Below are positions 25,080-38,414 of a DNA stretch of 64,000 nt, in pieces (within the stretch, counting starts at the first letter, position 1; every line of letters begins with the position of its first letter). The DNA is from Callorhinchus milii (Eukaryota). The stretch spans positions 46,192,001 to 46,256,000 of the forward strand of contig NW_024704743.1 of assembly GCF_018977255.1 (NCBI RefSeq). Reading direction: 5' to 3'. The notes under the pieces were generated by a model. The model was not told the DNA's origin. It saw only the letters and a program-made list of their open reading frames with translations, and did no database searches. A program made the position numbers and the translations under genes.

Positions 25080-25853
25080 CTCCCCATAGCCCTGCACACT
25101 TGTCTTCCCCAGATAATTTGCTGCACAGGAAGCGACGTTAGCGGTGACTGAATTTTTTGCTGAATTCAGCACCCACTTTGCACACGGCAATATCCCACCA
25201 ACAGTTGTAAAAATAATGACCAATTTTATCTGGGGGCTTGTTGGCCAGGACACCAGGACTACCTTCTCTTTTTGAAGAGTGCCACCTCTAATAATGCAGA
25301 CCCTCCCCCCATGTTCCCCCGCTATACAGCATTACACTGGAGTGTCAGGATAGAGCATACACTCAGTTCCAACATGGGGCTTGATCCTGTTCAATCCTCT
25401 GTCTCAGAGGAGAATGTTTAAGGAGAAACAAAGTTGAATTAATTGCTTCGCCAATGTCTTTCAGGCCCTCAATACATTCTTATTTTATAGTGATTGTTTC
25501 ATGTTCCAAGTGCAGTAGGTTCTTAGAGGGGGAGGGGGAAAAGGGAAGTTCCACTGATTGGCATAGTTATCAGTCTTGCTGATGTGCATCTTTCAGAGGG
25601 GAAATTCAAATACACGGGCAAACCGAGAAATTCAGTACTATTAGAGGTAGCACTCTTCAAAAAGAGAAGGTAGTCCTGGTGTCCTGGCCAACAAGCCCCC
25701 AGATAAAATTGGTCATTAATTTTACAACTATTGGTGGGATATTGCCGTGTGCAAAGTGGGTGCTGAATTCAGCAACAAAATTCAGTCACCGCTAACGTCA
25801 CTTCCTGTGCAGCAAATTATCTGGGGAGGACAAGTGTGCAGGGCTATGGGGAG
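25080..25853. repeat. Long inverted repeat: arms 25080-25293 and 25639-25853, 345-bp spacer
   Basis: The arms are reverse complements with only a handful of differences. Confidence 0.95.
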
Positions 25854-27349
25854 TAGGAATGTGTGACAAAGAACAGTGGGATCGTGGACTGAAGTTCCAG
25901 TCAAGAGTAAGGTATAGGACAGAGTGACCATATTTAGTAAACCAAATCCCGGGACACCTAAAAGAAATTGAACTCACCACAATTCCTGATGCTGGCAGTA
26001 CTGGAGAAGCTTGTTGGATTAATTGCTGTATTTCTCTGCTGAGTGGATCTGTTTTAGAATTTTATTGTTCTCGCTCAGTTTGTTGCTGAACTCAAAACAG
26101 GGCAAATTTAACCAGCGACACACTACCTCATCTGGGGATTGTCCCTGGCAACCAAGGACGTACGGTCATCCAGTGGGACCCACCGTGATGCGTGATTAGA
26201 ACGTGGGAAATACAATTTGCAGCCGATAGTGTAAAAGTTGCTACATGTATTGCTGATGGTAATTTCTGTCTATTGATGGCTCTCCAGTACTGCTGTGTAT
26301 CGTGTTGATGAGAATAAAGAAACAAAACTGATTGCATGGTGAGCAACATTTTCTTTTCTTTTTTTAAAAAATGGATGAACTTCATTGTCTTCAGGCTTGT
26401 TCATTGCTCATGTCCTGTGTACATTTTGCTCAAACCATAGAATGACTTGCAGGCAGGCACGCAGGGTTACTTGGATTAGACAATCAATGTGCCAAAAAGA
26501 GCAAGTGTACCAATGGGATTACATCTGCAAGCTTGTTCTTAAATAAATGACACCGGTGTTAGCCTAAGTCTCTTGGCACAGGTGAAACCCTCTATCAACT
26601 GTTTACAAAATTAATAAGCCTCTAGCGAGTACAGGGAGATAAGCAGTATGTTTTATTCTCCATTCCCCCCACCACCCCTCACACAAACAGAACAGTATTT
26701 ATGTGCAATAGACTCCAAGCAAAAGCAATTGACAAGTGTCAACTCCTTTTGAAAAGAGCAGGATAAATATTCCAGAATCACAAGAGAGGTTTAGATGAAT
26801 AACCCATTTGATCTACTGCCAGAATACCAAATCTACCATCTTTGTTGCAGCAGCAGACTGTTCATTAAATGAATCCATTATCCTGGCCTCGGCCAATCCA
26901 CCTAGTTACTAGTTCCAGCCATTAATTATTTTCTGCATAAAGGAATCCTCAAATTGCTTTTCCAATTTCACAACCCTTTAACTGTTGTTTTGTGCCCTGC
27001 TACTTTGCTGTGTCAAAATATATAGAATTATGCTAGGTATATTTTCTCTATCCCATGAAACAATTTGTATATCTTTATGATTATCAATGCTGAAGAGTCT
27101 TAACATAGAGATTGTTGCTTAAGGCTCTTCCCTCAAACAATGGAGATCAGCTTTCTTCCGCTGCACTGCCTCTAGGGTCTGGATGCCATCTTTATGTTTT
27201 GGTAATCAGAGCCTTTCTCAGTTCTTCAGCTACAGTCTGAGTACCTCGGCATTTGTTTGCGTTCTTTATTTCTACCTCACACCATTTTGTTCTTTTTAAG
27301 ATCTTAGCAAGAGGCCTCTCTGATTTCAATTCCTTTACCTTAATGATAA

Positions 27350-27523
27350 AACAGGAGTGGAGTTTCATGACTGTTTGTGGGATACTGCTGTGCGCAATTT
27401 GCAGCTGTGTTTCGCCCATAAAATATACAGTCAATTCACTTTACGGTATATTCTGAGAAGCGCTTTGAAACATCTCAACGACATGATAAGGCTCTATATC
27501 AAATGCAAGGATTATTATTATTA
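27350..27523 (+). mobile_element. tRNA-Deu-L2 SINE 3' half
   Basis: catgactgtttgtgggatactgctgtgcgcaat...tatcaaatgcaaggattattatta. Confidence 0.85.
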
Positions 27524-29009
27524 AAGATTCCAATGTTTGAAAAGGGATACAAATGAACAGATATTGTGTGGAACACAATAGTGTAGTTCCTGTGTTGTTG
27601 AGATCTAACAAGCCAAAATCAAAAGCACTAATTGTAATACGAGATTGATATCCTGGAGATATGCCTGATTGATTTTGAGGGTTGGGGACAAAGAGGGAAG
27701 GATCGGCATTCATCGAACTTTACCTTCTCAGAGGCTTCTCTTGAGGTTGTCCATTAGGTAGCTGAATGGATTGGGGATACTCATTGGTCTGTGGAGAAAA
27801 GCCTTAATAGACCAAATGGCCTTTCTTCATGTCATGCTTTCATATGCCCTTAGAGTCTTATTGAATAGCTTCATTAATGCTGAAGGGTGAGCAAATCTAC
27901 TGTTCTGACTATTCATTCTTGGCTTTCTGGTATCCAATCACATACTCACTAATTTTCATCTCCTGGATTCAACCCTCAGCCTTTCTCTCCTGACTTCAGT
28001 ATCCTCTCAATCTTCAGCTTCTAGCTGTAGTCTCCTGTCACCTATTAGTTTTTCTGTTATGGCTTCAGTCTCTCTCACCGCTCAATCCGCATCTCCAGCT
28101 TTAATCTACTCTAGACCATTAGGTGCCCTCCCCTGGCTTCTGGCTTTACGTTTCGCTCTTTGACACACTTCTTTCCCCCCAGCATTTTGTTTTAAATCAA
28201 GAATATTTCCTAATAATAGTAATCCTTGCATTTAAAATAGTGCCTTATAATACTGTGGAATTATTATAGTGTTTGAATAATTTGGATGCCTACAATTCTC
28301 AGTGATTATTTTAAACCATTTTTGAGGACATCCCTTAATTAAAAGGATGTATTTTTATAGGCATAAATATAAATTAATTTTAATTAGCAACCCATCAATG
28401 AAGATTTGTAGAGGTATTGCAATTTTATCTTCACATCAACCTAACTGCAGACATGGTGGACTGAGATAATTTGCATGGGTATTTCATAATAGAATAAATT
28501 TTTATATACTGTGGCTGAATATGTATTTGGCAGAGAAGGACAGATAAAACTGCTAATCTCTTCATGCTTCCTAATGCTTAAGAGGCTTAATAAAGCAAAC
28601 TCAGCTGCAGAAGCATTTTAAATTGTAAAGTGAAGAGATTTACCAAAACTGAAAAGATATCATGAACCCACTAAGATCACTTTAACTTTAACCAATCAAT
28701 AAATTTGCACCCATACAGTGCATAAACTTCAAGTGGAAAAACTGACAGTAATACTAAGGCTTACCTCATCAGGAAATATTTCTTTGCCACTTGCCAAGCT
28801 TTGCATTGGAGCTTCAACATTAAATGTTTGATATTGTATGGCCAGGGATTAGTGTGCATAGCAATTTGGGTCATACTTGTATGCCTTTCCTCACTCTGCA
28901 GAACGCTTGCTTTTATCTCGTTATCGTACATTTCTGTATTCTGTGGAATTTGAGTTGGATTTGATGTGCTTCAATGCATTTCAATTCAACCTAGATGAAT
29001 ATTATCAGG

Positions 29010-29300
29010 TAGTTCCCATCACACAGAGGATACAGTTCAAGATCCTGGTCGTCGCCTTCAAAGCTCCCCCCTACCTCTGCAACCTTCTGACCCCCTACCA
29101 TTCTGTTCGCTTCCTCAGCTCAGCAGGCTCCGGCCTGCTTCATTTCCCCCCCCCTCACTCGCCCCAATATCGGCAGGCCTGCCTTTTGCCACTCTGCCCC
29201 CACTCTCTGGAACTCCATCCCACTGTCCCTCTGCATTGCCTCCTCTCTTGCCTCCTTCAAGACCCATTTCAAGACCCTGCTCTTCGACTGTGCTTTTGAT
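29010..29300 (+). mobile_element. L2 3' fragment
   Basis: PITQRIQFKILV...LWNSIP. Confidence 0.85.
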
Positions 29301-29309
29301 CTCCTACAG

Positions 29310-29482
29310 AATATATTGACTGTATTTTGTAGGTGAAACGCAGCAGCCAATTGTGCACAGCAATATCCCACAAATAGTTTATGGATTGACTGACTAAATG
29401 TTTTTGTTTGAGGGATTATTACCCCGAGTCTTCTTGCTTTTGAGGGGAGCATGCTAACCACTATGCTGCAGGACTCCTCCAT
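29310..29482 (-). mobile_element. Internally deleted tRNA-Deu SINE
   Basis: Antisense head (ctaaccactatgctgcaggactcc) and core. Confidence 0.75.
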
Positions 29483-29659
29483 ATTGCAACATGAAGCCTG
29501 GGAGAATTTTGATAATTTAGGCCACTAAAACTACTTAATAATAGTGATCTGAGTTGAATTGGAATGCCATAAAGCACATCAAAACCAGTAACAGCAAACC
29601 GATTCCATATATAGAGCAAGTCATGTTCATTACAGATTGTGTAAATTACAACAATTTAT

Positions 29660-30170
29660 TTTAATCTTTGTTGCCAACTTTAATACTGCTAGTCACTCCA
29701 TCCTTCTCCACTGTCTTTCCTCCCTAGTGCAGCTGGGAGGCTTTTTTTTACAGTCTTCATTTCTACCTGTCACAGTACTTTGTCTCATCCAATGGTTTCT
29801 CACCTTGCCCCCACAAAGCAACATGTGGTGTTCCCAGGGATATATCCTCCATTCTCTCCTTTTCATCATCTATATGCTCCCCCTTGTTGACATCATCTGC
29901 AGGCATTAGGTTCACATTGACATTTACACAGATGACACCCAACTCTTATTTCTATGCCTTTTCAGTCTCCGCCCTCGACTCCAGGACCACTGCTGTTTTT
30001 ACTGATTGCCTGTTGAACATCAAGTGCTGAATGAGCTGTAGCTTTCTCCAAGTCAACATCGCCAAAACTGAGACTATCCAATTTGGCTCCCTACTTCAGC
30101 CCTCCTTATCCAGAGCTTTGTGATGTTCTTCCAATGTGAAAGGCACTGTATACAAGTGTAACTGATTGTT
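29660..30170 (+). mobile_element. Decayed L2 RT fragment
   Basis: HSILLHCLSS...LLFIIYMLPL...YTDDTQL. Confidence 0.75.
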
Positions 30171-30559
30171 GTTAAATTTAGGTTGTGAACAAACATTTTA
30201 ATTTGGGTTCCAACTGTTAAGCGGAAAGCGTACTGAAGGGAGGTCAGTGGAGAGTAATGCATCAATACAGCACCTGCATTTCAGTCAGATATTTAATCAG
30301 AGACTGGTTTATGTTTAACAAAACAATTAGATGAGCTTCTAAGTGTACCTACATACAGATAAGGTTACCACAGCACCAAGATTGCTTTTCCTTTAGAGTT
30401 GATGTGTAAAAAGACTAATACAACAACAAAAAACAAATTACATTTGTAGAGCCCCTTTCAAGTTGGGAGGACGTCCTAAAGCGTACTACCGTGCCTGCTC
30501 TAGGATGCATTCAATTCCCATTGAGAAAAATTAACTATTGTCTTTTTTTGTTCAAATAA

Positions 30560-30852
30560 AGACGCTTGAAATACTGTAAAGTGGATTGACTGTACTTTGT
30601 GGATGAAATGCGGCAGCCAATTGCGCACAGCAGTGTCCCACAAACAGTTGTGGATTGAGTGACCAAATTATTTATTTATTTATTCGAAGGGATTATTACC
30701 TCCGGAAAGTGATCCAACAATTCACTAACAACAGGGTTCCTACTTATCCTTGGTAAACAGAGGCGTGAGTAATAAGAAAACTTGCCTAAGGTTTTACCCC
30801 TCCCTGGAATTGAATCCAGTCCTCTTGCTTGGGACGCGAGCGTGCTAACCAC
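30560..30852 (-). mobile_element. tRNA-Deu SINE, long subtype
   Basis: Antisense head, GGTAAACAGAGGCGTG segment and core. Confidence 0.85.
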
Positions 30853-31769
30853 AACACTATGGGATTTGTCTAAGAGCACTCAGTTCCAGTTATCCCTGGA
30901 AGCCAACCCCTGATATTTACCAGACAACGGTTTCAATGGTAAGCTATGGGGTTTTAGCTTGATAAGTTTCAGCAGTTTCCCAAAGCACACTCTGTGGTCC
31001 CCAAGCCTTGGCTCTTACTAACTCCTCCTGACGTGAAAGGTGCGACACCAGTGTAATTTTATCTTGTACTATATTGTACTATTGGGCAAAGCGGATATGT
31101 ACCTCTAAACAGTCTTCAAAATTAAGACTGAATTTAAAATTATCCACCATCTTAAATTTTGAGATAAAATGGTCTTGCAGGCTAAGACTATTTGGAATTT
31201 TGAGATCGGTTGAATTGCTTTCTACCAAGGTTACACACAACTTAATATTGCATACAAAGGGATGGTTTTCTTTTCCTCTTTTTGTCCACCTTGTACGTGG
31301 TTCGTTCCCTTAACTGGAGGATATCTGCCGGCTTGCTCTGGTGCTCTGCCAATGTCACAGTGTACCTGGCTGCCAGATGGTGGCTGAATGGCCAGGGTCA
31401 CTCACCTGCTGGGTGCCCCTTGTTTCCTGTGGGCAAACACCTGGCCTCTGGTGTGTGTCTGCCGATGGGACGGCAGGAATTGCCACGTATGGAATATTGG
31501 GCACAGACTCTTGCTCCTTCGTGTTTCATGGCCACAGACCGTTTGAAGAGCTAACAAACAGCAGTACATAGAGGCCCCTGCATTCTTCTTAAATTTGAAC
31601 ACAGGTCATGTAACTCAGCTAAAGTAAGGGAATATTTTGTAACTGCTGGTTAGTAGTTCTGATGTTGAACTCTACTTAAATACTGAATAATGTGGTTTGC
31701 TGCTCATGCCACTTTGTGCTTACAAAACAAACTGGAAGGTTTGCACTGGAATGCCCTCTTTTAACACTG

Positions 31770-32050
31770 TATTTGGGCTCCATAAAATCCCTGTCAGTAT
31801 CATTCATAATATGGCATAATCACTGGTCAGCATTTCTGCAGTTATTGCACAGAAAGCCTGTTAGCTTCCCATGCTAAAAACGGCCAATTTCCAAGTCATA
31901 AGGTTATTGCTGACATCGCTTCTTGTGCGCACCTAGGAAGTGAAGTTGACAGTAACCCAATGACCTGGATTCTGCCCATTGTTTTAGCACAGCAAACTGG
32001 TTAGCTTCTTGAAGCAAGCTGGCTGGCTTTCTGCGTGCATTAATGGATTA
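31770..32050. mobile_element. Palindromic MITE-like repeat (GGAAGT/ACTTCC family); other copies ~34720-35350 and ~56740-56900
   Basis: Self-complementary layout with recurring ggtcat...cacttcctg / caggaagtg...atgacc blocks. Confidence 0.55.
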
Positions 32051-34605
32051 TTTGTGAAGTAAATGTCAGGGTCCAAACCCCAATTGAAGTGAACCCTCAT
32101 TATAAGAAAACACATTGTAGCAATGTTCCATGTATTTTGTATTTGCGGCTTTAAGGCTTAAGAGCCTATCCTCAGAAGAGCATGGTACCATCAAATCAAG
32201 ATGCAGCTTGTCACAACAGTTTCAGAACAACCTGGAGGCAATTTTGGTTTATTAAAAAAATTTGATTTACTCCGGTTTCTAAACAATAGCACTGAGACAT
32301 TTGTCAAGAAGCTGAGTCATCATAAATATGGAAAAAAATGTTTATCCCATTACTGTGTTCTAGGTTGCATGGTGCCTTTATTGAATTGAATTTTATTTAA
32401 TTACAGAGGGTATCAGCCAGCAAGACGACAGGTGCTCCATCATATAGCAGATGGTCAAGCTCTCAGCCACACCAGGTACTATATTCTGTGCTATTGCAAA
32501 AATAAGGCAGTAGAAATGAGAAAGCTCTTAAATGCTTGTGAACTTAAGGTCTGAGACAATAGAGACAAAAGCTCCTTTTACCGTGGTGACTTAGAAAATG
32601 TGAGTCTTTGTTACGAGAAGAATTAATAGTGATTGTAATTCTCTCCTCCTCGCTCTCGTTTGGAGTTTATTTTCTCCCTTCTAGCTTGCGCTCGCGTCAT
32701 GCACTGATTCCTGATTCTTGGCTTGGAGGTCGGACAGACTAACTACTCCTGGGTCTCTTTGAAGTGCTGCTGGGAGGTGTATGACCGCAGTACCTAAGTA
32801 CCCTATTTAGTGNTTTTTTTGTTTGTTTGGCCTTCTTCCTGGCTATGGATAAGCACCTACTCTCCAGTCAGTTCCCATGCACAGGTTGGCTGAGGTAGTG
32901 ATCCTGTTGTGAGGAATAGTGAACACTGCACTCTTGTCCACCACTTTGTGGCTTAGGGTTTTGGAGCACAAGTCACCACACCAAAGAGTTCTTCTAAGCA
33001 ACTACACTGTTGGATAAACAAGGCAGATTTACCTGGAAAGCATCATGAATGTTGCATAAACAAAGCTTGACTAACTGGTCTTACAAAATCTGAATTTGAG
33101 CAGTCAAAGCCACATGTACAAATCTTTACTTTACAAGTGGTCTGGAAGCTAGAGCTATTCAGTTGACAAGAGAAACCCGTTTGGTGTGCCTGTGTACTTG
33201 TCACTCAGTACAAATACCTAAATGTTCACCAATTGTGCTGAGAAGAATGGGTCAAAGCACAAGTCCTCTCTCACAGCAATTACAATGCAGTGCTGAATCA
33301 GAATATTTTCTCCTATTAACACCCTGTCACAGAAACAGTGCATTCCTTACACTTATGTTTATTAATTTTGACACTGGGTATAAAATTTGATGAAGTAACA
33401 CAATGGGCCCAAATTAATATTTTTTAGAGTTGCATTCACACTTTCCTGCGATTTTGCAATTTTAGTTTTTGCATAGCGTTTTGTATTTACTCCCATTTTG
33501 ATTCACTCAAAACCAGCGTTAAAGGCATGAATAACATCAAGAGACCAACATTTATACTTAGCCTCAGTCTGTAAGACTAGCTTCTTTTGAGATTGCACAG
33601 AAACGTGGAAAATTCTTACATTTTGTCTTAATTTGGAACTATGATTTTTGAAGAACTGTGGAAACCTAATTGAGCTTCCAAATTTTCCGCTATTCTGCAC
33701 CATCTCGAGTTTTAAGACAAAACAACATCAGTGAGTAAGACTAGAATTTCAGCCGTTGGGTGTTTTATTTCATTCCTTTCTGCTGTGACTTGCAAACGGA
33801 ATTTAGTGCTTGCGTGAGGGCGACAGATCAGAGACACGAAAATTTTAATTCAAATAATTTCAGTAATCTAAAAGCAACCTGCATTGCGTTCAATTTGCCC
33901 TGTTTAATCGACAAAGGCAGGCTTGTATTGGGCTGTATGCTATCCATAATTTGCATTAATTGGGTCTAATATGCAATTATTTCAACAGATTTCTTAATCA
34001 GAAATGTATAATTATCAAATTTCTAAAACATTAATTGTGATGAAGAATCCATTCAATGATGTTTTAGAATTTTGGCAAGCACATTAAGCACCTGCAATGA
34101 TCTAGGAATTAGATAGTTACGCATATTAAAAAAATCTGTCAGCAAAGGCAAATTAGAGCCTCGTATCCCCTTGAATTAGCCAGTGAAAGTCTTACTTACA
34201 GGATGATAAAAAACCACATGTTTGCTCTTCTCTGAGATGAAGCAATGAAACTTTCCATCATTTAGTCAAGTTTGGGAATCACCTCACCACTTCATTTAAT
34301 ATTTTAAATTGAATAGCTGGCCTAGATGTCATCCTCTATCTACTTTTTAGTTCAAGTGTTAACCGTTCCTTGGAATGCTTCTACCCATATGTGGACTCGC
34401 CCGGATGTGTAAGGGTCAACGTAACAGATTGTGGAGTCTTTTCACATGTTTATTCTCTCTTTCACCATTTCTTTCTGATGCCATTTTTCTCTCTTCCCTT
34501 CAGTTTGCTTTTACTCTCTTTCCCCGGTAGGAACATTGGAAAAGTGTGGATTGCCACTCTATATTTTGGTTTTAGTCTATTCTTTCTTTGTTACAAATGT
34601 TATTC

Positions 34606-34669
34606 CATGGAAATGTTGATGCATTGCATCACAATATGAAGTGTGATGCAATGCATCAACATTTCCATG
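34606..34669. repeat. Perfect 28-bp inverted repeat with 8-nt loop
   Basis: CATGGAAATGTTGATGCATTGCATCACA-atatgaag-TGTGATGCAATGCATCAACATTTCCATG. Confidence 0.97.
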
Positions 34670-36129
34670 AAACTCGTCCTACTTTATTCCTACAATCCAG
34701 TAGCTACATATTACTGTGCAGCCCCATTCTAACATTCTTCAATATAGCATGAAATCGCTCCTAAGTCAGTTGCTCTGTGCACCACAATCATTTTGGTGCA
34801 GACAGTTAGCCCACTCTTGTTAGAATGGCTGACTTCTGGGGCATTGGGTCGCTATCAACAATGCTTCTGGTTTTGCAATGCATATGCAAAGCTTATAAAC
34901 CCATTATAATGCTATCCATTGGGTCCAATGGCTGAGAGGGCCTATTATAAGGGAAGTGTGGAAAAAATGGGGTACTTCCTGATCACCAGGTTATTGCTGA
35001 TGTCAGTTCCTGCATGGTGTGTGCTTTGCACAGGAAATAACCAAAAGTCATAAGCAATGCTTCCTGCATAGCACACAGCATGCAGGAAGTGGTCAGCTAT
35101 GAAAGGAAGTGACATTGGTTGTGCCGTAATGACCTAGAAGTCGGCCATTTTAGCTTCCCGTGCTAAATAATATGGCCAACTTGTGGGTCATCAGGTTGCT
35201 CCAAACATCACTTCCTGCTTTGGCAATGCAGAGTAAACAGAAAGTGACATTGACGGTGAATCGATGACTTGGAAGGCGACCATTGTTACTTTTAGCGCAG
35301 GAACCGGCTTCCACAGAGCGAGTCAACTGGCTGCACAGATATGCCGTTAAACCTGCTATCACACCTTGCTAGGGTTGGGAAGGGTTGCAATTTTATGCAT
35401 GCCAAACACTGTGTTGTATGGAGGCTTCACTAAATATTCAGAAATAATTGTTGCATCCTATACAGGTGATTTATGCAAGTCTTTTGGGATTAATATTAGA
35501 ATACTAAAGTGACAGTTGAAAGATCTCTAGGTTACTTGATTTATTTCAGCGATTTTTATCTTGGATACACACAATTTCTAGAAACTGCCACAGGGAGGCA
35601 AGAACAATGAATTAGATTGTTACCATTTTCATCGTAAAGATTGAAGTGAATATCTTTCAGTTTTAGCTGAAATGCTGTACACTATCCAGTGCCTTGGGAC
35701 GTCCTCCCGACGTGAAAGGCGCTCTACAAATGTAATGTTGTTGTTGTTGAAACCTTTTGAAGAATGGGAATGCAAACATTTGAGGGAGCAGTTAATTGTT
35801 GTTAAACTGTATACCAGCCTTTAGTTTAGGGCGTTGACTACTTGCATAGGAATTTAAGAATGTACAAGAATGGAAGAAAACATTGTCGACTTTCTGTGGT
35901 TAAGTTCGAGAAAGGGTAGTGGTATGAATGAAAGCTTAAAAGCACTGCCAATAGAAAATTACGGATATATTTGCCAAATATTGTGGGGAAATTTGGCATT
36001 ATTGAGGAAAATTGTAGGGGTTGCTTGGTGCTATTGAGAGGCACGTTTTATTGCTAACCTACATTTTTGTACCTACATGATTGTTTACGGGAGGCTAGAG
36101 GTGAAGCACCAAGAAGTAAAATAGTCTAA

Positions 36130-36385
36130 CAGCTGCTTGTTAGTTAATTGACGGATCGCTTTCCGGGGATAATAATCTCTCCTCAAAAAATAGTAATAAT
36201 CATTTCGTCACTCAATCCATGATTGTTTGTGGGACACCCCTGTGCGCAATTGGCTGCCATGTTTTGCCCACAAAGCACAGTCACTACAATTTTACAGTAT
36301 ATTCTGTGAAGCGTTTTGAGATGTCTCGGTGACATGATAAGGCCTATATCAAATGCTAACCCTAAATCAAGGGTTATTAGTATTG
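36130..36385 (+). mobile_element. 5'-truncated tRNA-Deu SINE, long subtype
   Basis: gatcgctttccggggataata, core and tail. Confidence 0.8.
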
Positions 36386-36579
36386 TTAAAAGGGCAGCTT
36401 GATTTATAATTTATTGTGAAAGACATCCTTAGAGATGTTCTCTGTTCCATCTGTCATAACCTTAAGCTCCTTCCAGTCACTTCTGAGAGAGTGCAGGCAC
36501 TACTCCTTTACTGTATGTCAGTTCCTGGAGCTTGAGTAGACCTTCTCAGCCATCTAGTGATCCAGCTTCACATTGCTCT

Positions 36580-37150
36580 AAATGTAGCAGCACAGATGGA
36601 CAAGGCCGTGAAGATTACCATTAGAGTCCTTGGCCCTAAATCCAAGGAATTATAGTACAAAAGGATAGAAATAAGTTAAATTTATATAAAACCTTGGTTG
36701 AGTCACATATGGAGCACTGTGCAATTCTGGTCACCATACCACAGGAAGGATATGGTAGAATTGGAAAGAATATAACATAGATTTACTAGGATGTTATCAG
36801 GGATGAGTAGATACAACTATCAAGAAAGATTGGGCAGGTTGGAGCTTTGCTCCCTGGAGTTGAGGTGATTGAGAGGGGATCTGATAGAGTTGTTAAAAAA
36901 AAGTTATGAAAGGATTTGATAAGGTGGACATTAATAGGTTGCTTTCACTTGTTGGTGAGTCCAAAACAAGGAGCATAAATATAAGATATCTACTAGTAGA
37001 TCTAAAAGGGAAATGTAGAATTCACTGTTGAAAGGTGTGGTTTGAACAAAATGTGTTTAAGAGGAAACTATACATACATGAGGGAGAAGGAAATAGAAGG
37101 GCATAGAACGTGGGAAGAGAAGGAGTGGAGGCTCGAATAAAGTATGTGAC
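36580..37150 (+). mobile_element. Decayed CR1 3' fragment
   Basis: LYKTLVESHMEHC...FWSP...RFTRML...YQERLGRL. Confidence 0.8.
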
Positions 37151-38414
37151 CATGTTTAATCCCTCAGGGACTTGCACTCCCGCATTGTGCGTTGAGTTTG
37201 TGGGCGTGAACACTCCTTTGAGCACTTCATTCACCTCTACGTCAGCAAATTATGAGTGCTCTCAATTGCTCTGAAAATGTGATGGGTTCCTTAATTTCAA
37301 TTTGTCAGCATTGCTGTGGTAACTTATAGGGCTCGACGACCTGTTACTGTATCATAGTAATACAGATAATAGCAATTTCACAGATCAGACATAAATATAT
37401 GTGATGTGTGCGTAGTTTTTTAATGTGGTACTTTTCATAGTACTTTACTATGCTGAGCCCTTCCCTCGACTGCAACCCACCCTCTTATAATAATCCTTGC
37501 ATTTGATGTAGCGCCTTATCACAGTTTCGAGACTTCTCAAAGCGTTTCACAGAATATACTGTAAAGTGAATTGACTGTGTAATTTGTGTGTGTTATAGTC
37601 CCTAAATGTCAATGATTTCCAAGACTGGATTTACAAAGAATTGGCAAACTGTCGTGACATTGCTTAACCATACTTCACCCAGTGGGAACTGGATGCCATG
37701 GCAACATGGTGGACTAAATAAATCAATGCTTTGACTGGAAGAATAAAGACACAGGTCATGTATGTTGGAGATTGAGAGAAATAATAACATAATATAAGGA
37801 ATTAATTTCCACCTATGCTGGATATTTTCCTGTTAACTTCTTCACTTGAGGTGGGTCTGATGCAATTTTCAACTGGAGACTGACTAGGTTTTATGGCAGA
37901 TTTTTTCCAGTGAGACCTGACTGTTTAGTAGAAACTTTGAAAGTTAACAAAATATAGTCTCTTTCTCTCTCTCTCTGAGATTCAATAGCTAAATAAATAT
38001 AGAGTGGAAAAATGTGATTATATCTAAAAAGATTAAACTATTGTAGATTGAACATAAGAACATAAAAAAATGCAAAACAAAAAAGACCAAGGTCCATCTA
38101 GTTTGCCTTCCACCTTCCTGGCAGTCACGTGCACATATGCCCCAAACTACCAACCTGGTTTGGGAGAAAAGGCCATAAATGGGAATGAAAGGATTGCTCT
38201 TTAAAGAGTCAGCATAGTTATAATGGTCTGAATGGCCTTTTGTTCTGTAAACTTGCAAGGTGCTATGGAAAGTGATCATATTATCGGTGACAATTAACTC
38301 ACCAGACATAAATGCCCTCAATAGTTATTGCTGACCACATGGGATAAGAAGGCTTATTATTACAATGGGTGGGCCCCAAACTCACCTGAAAATTACTGAA
38401 GCCCAAATCTTTTC

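Noticed and set aside
32813..32813. Single N next to a T run
   Set aside because: Assembly ambiguity; the local adjacency should be treated with caution.
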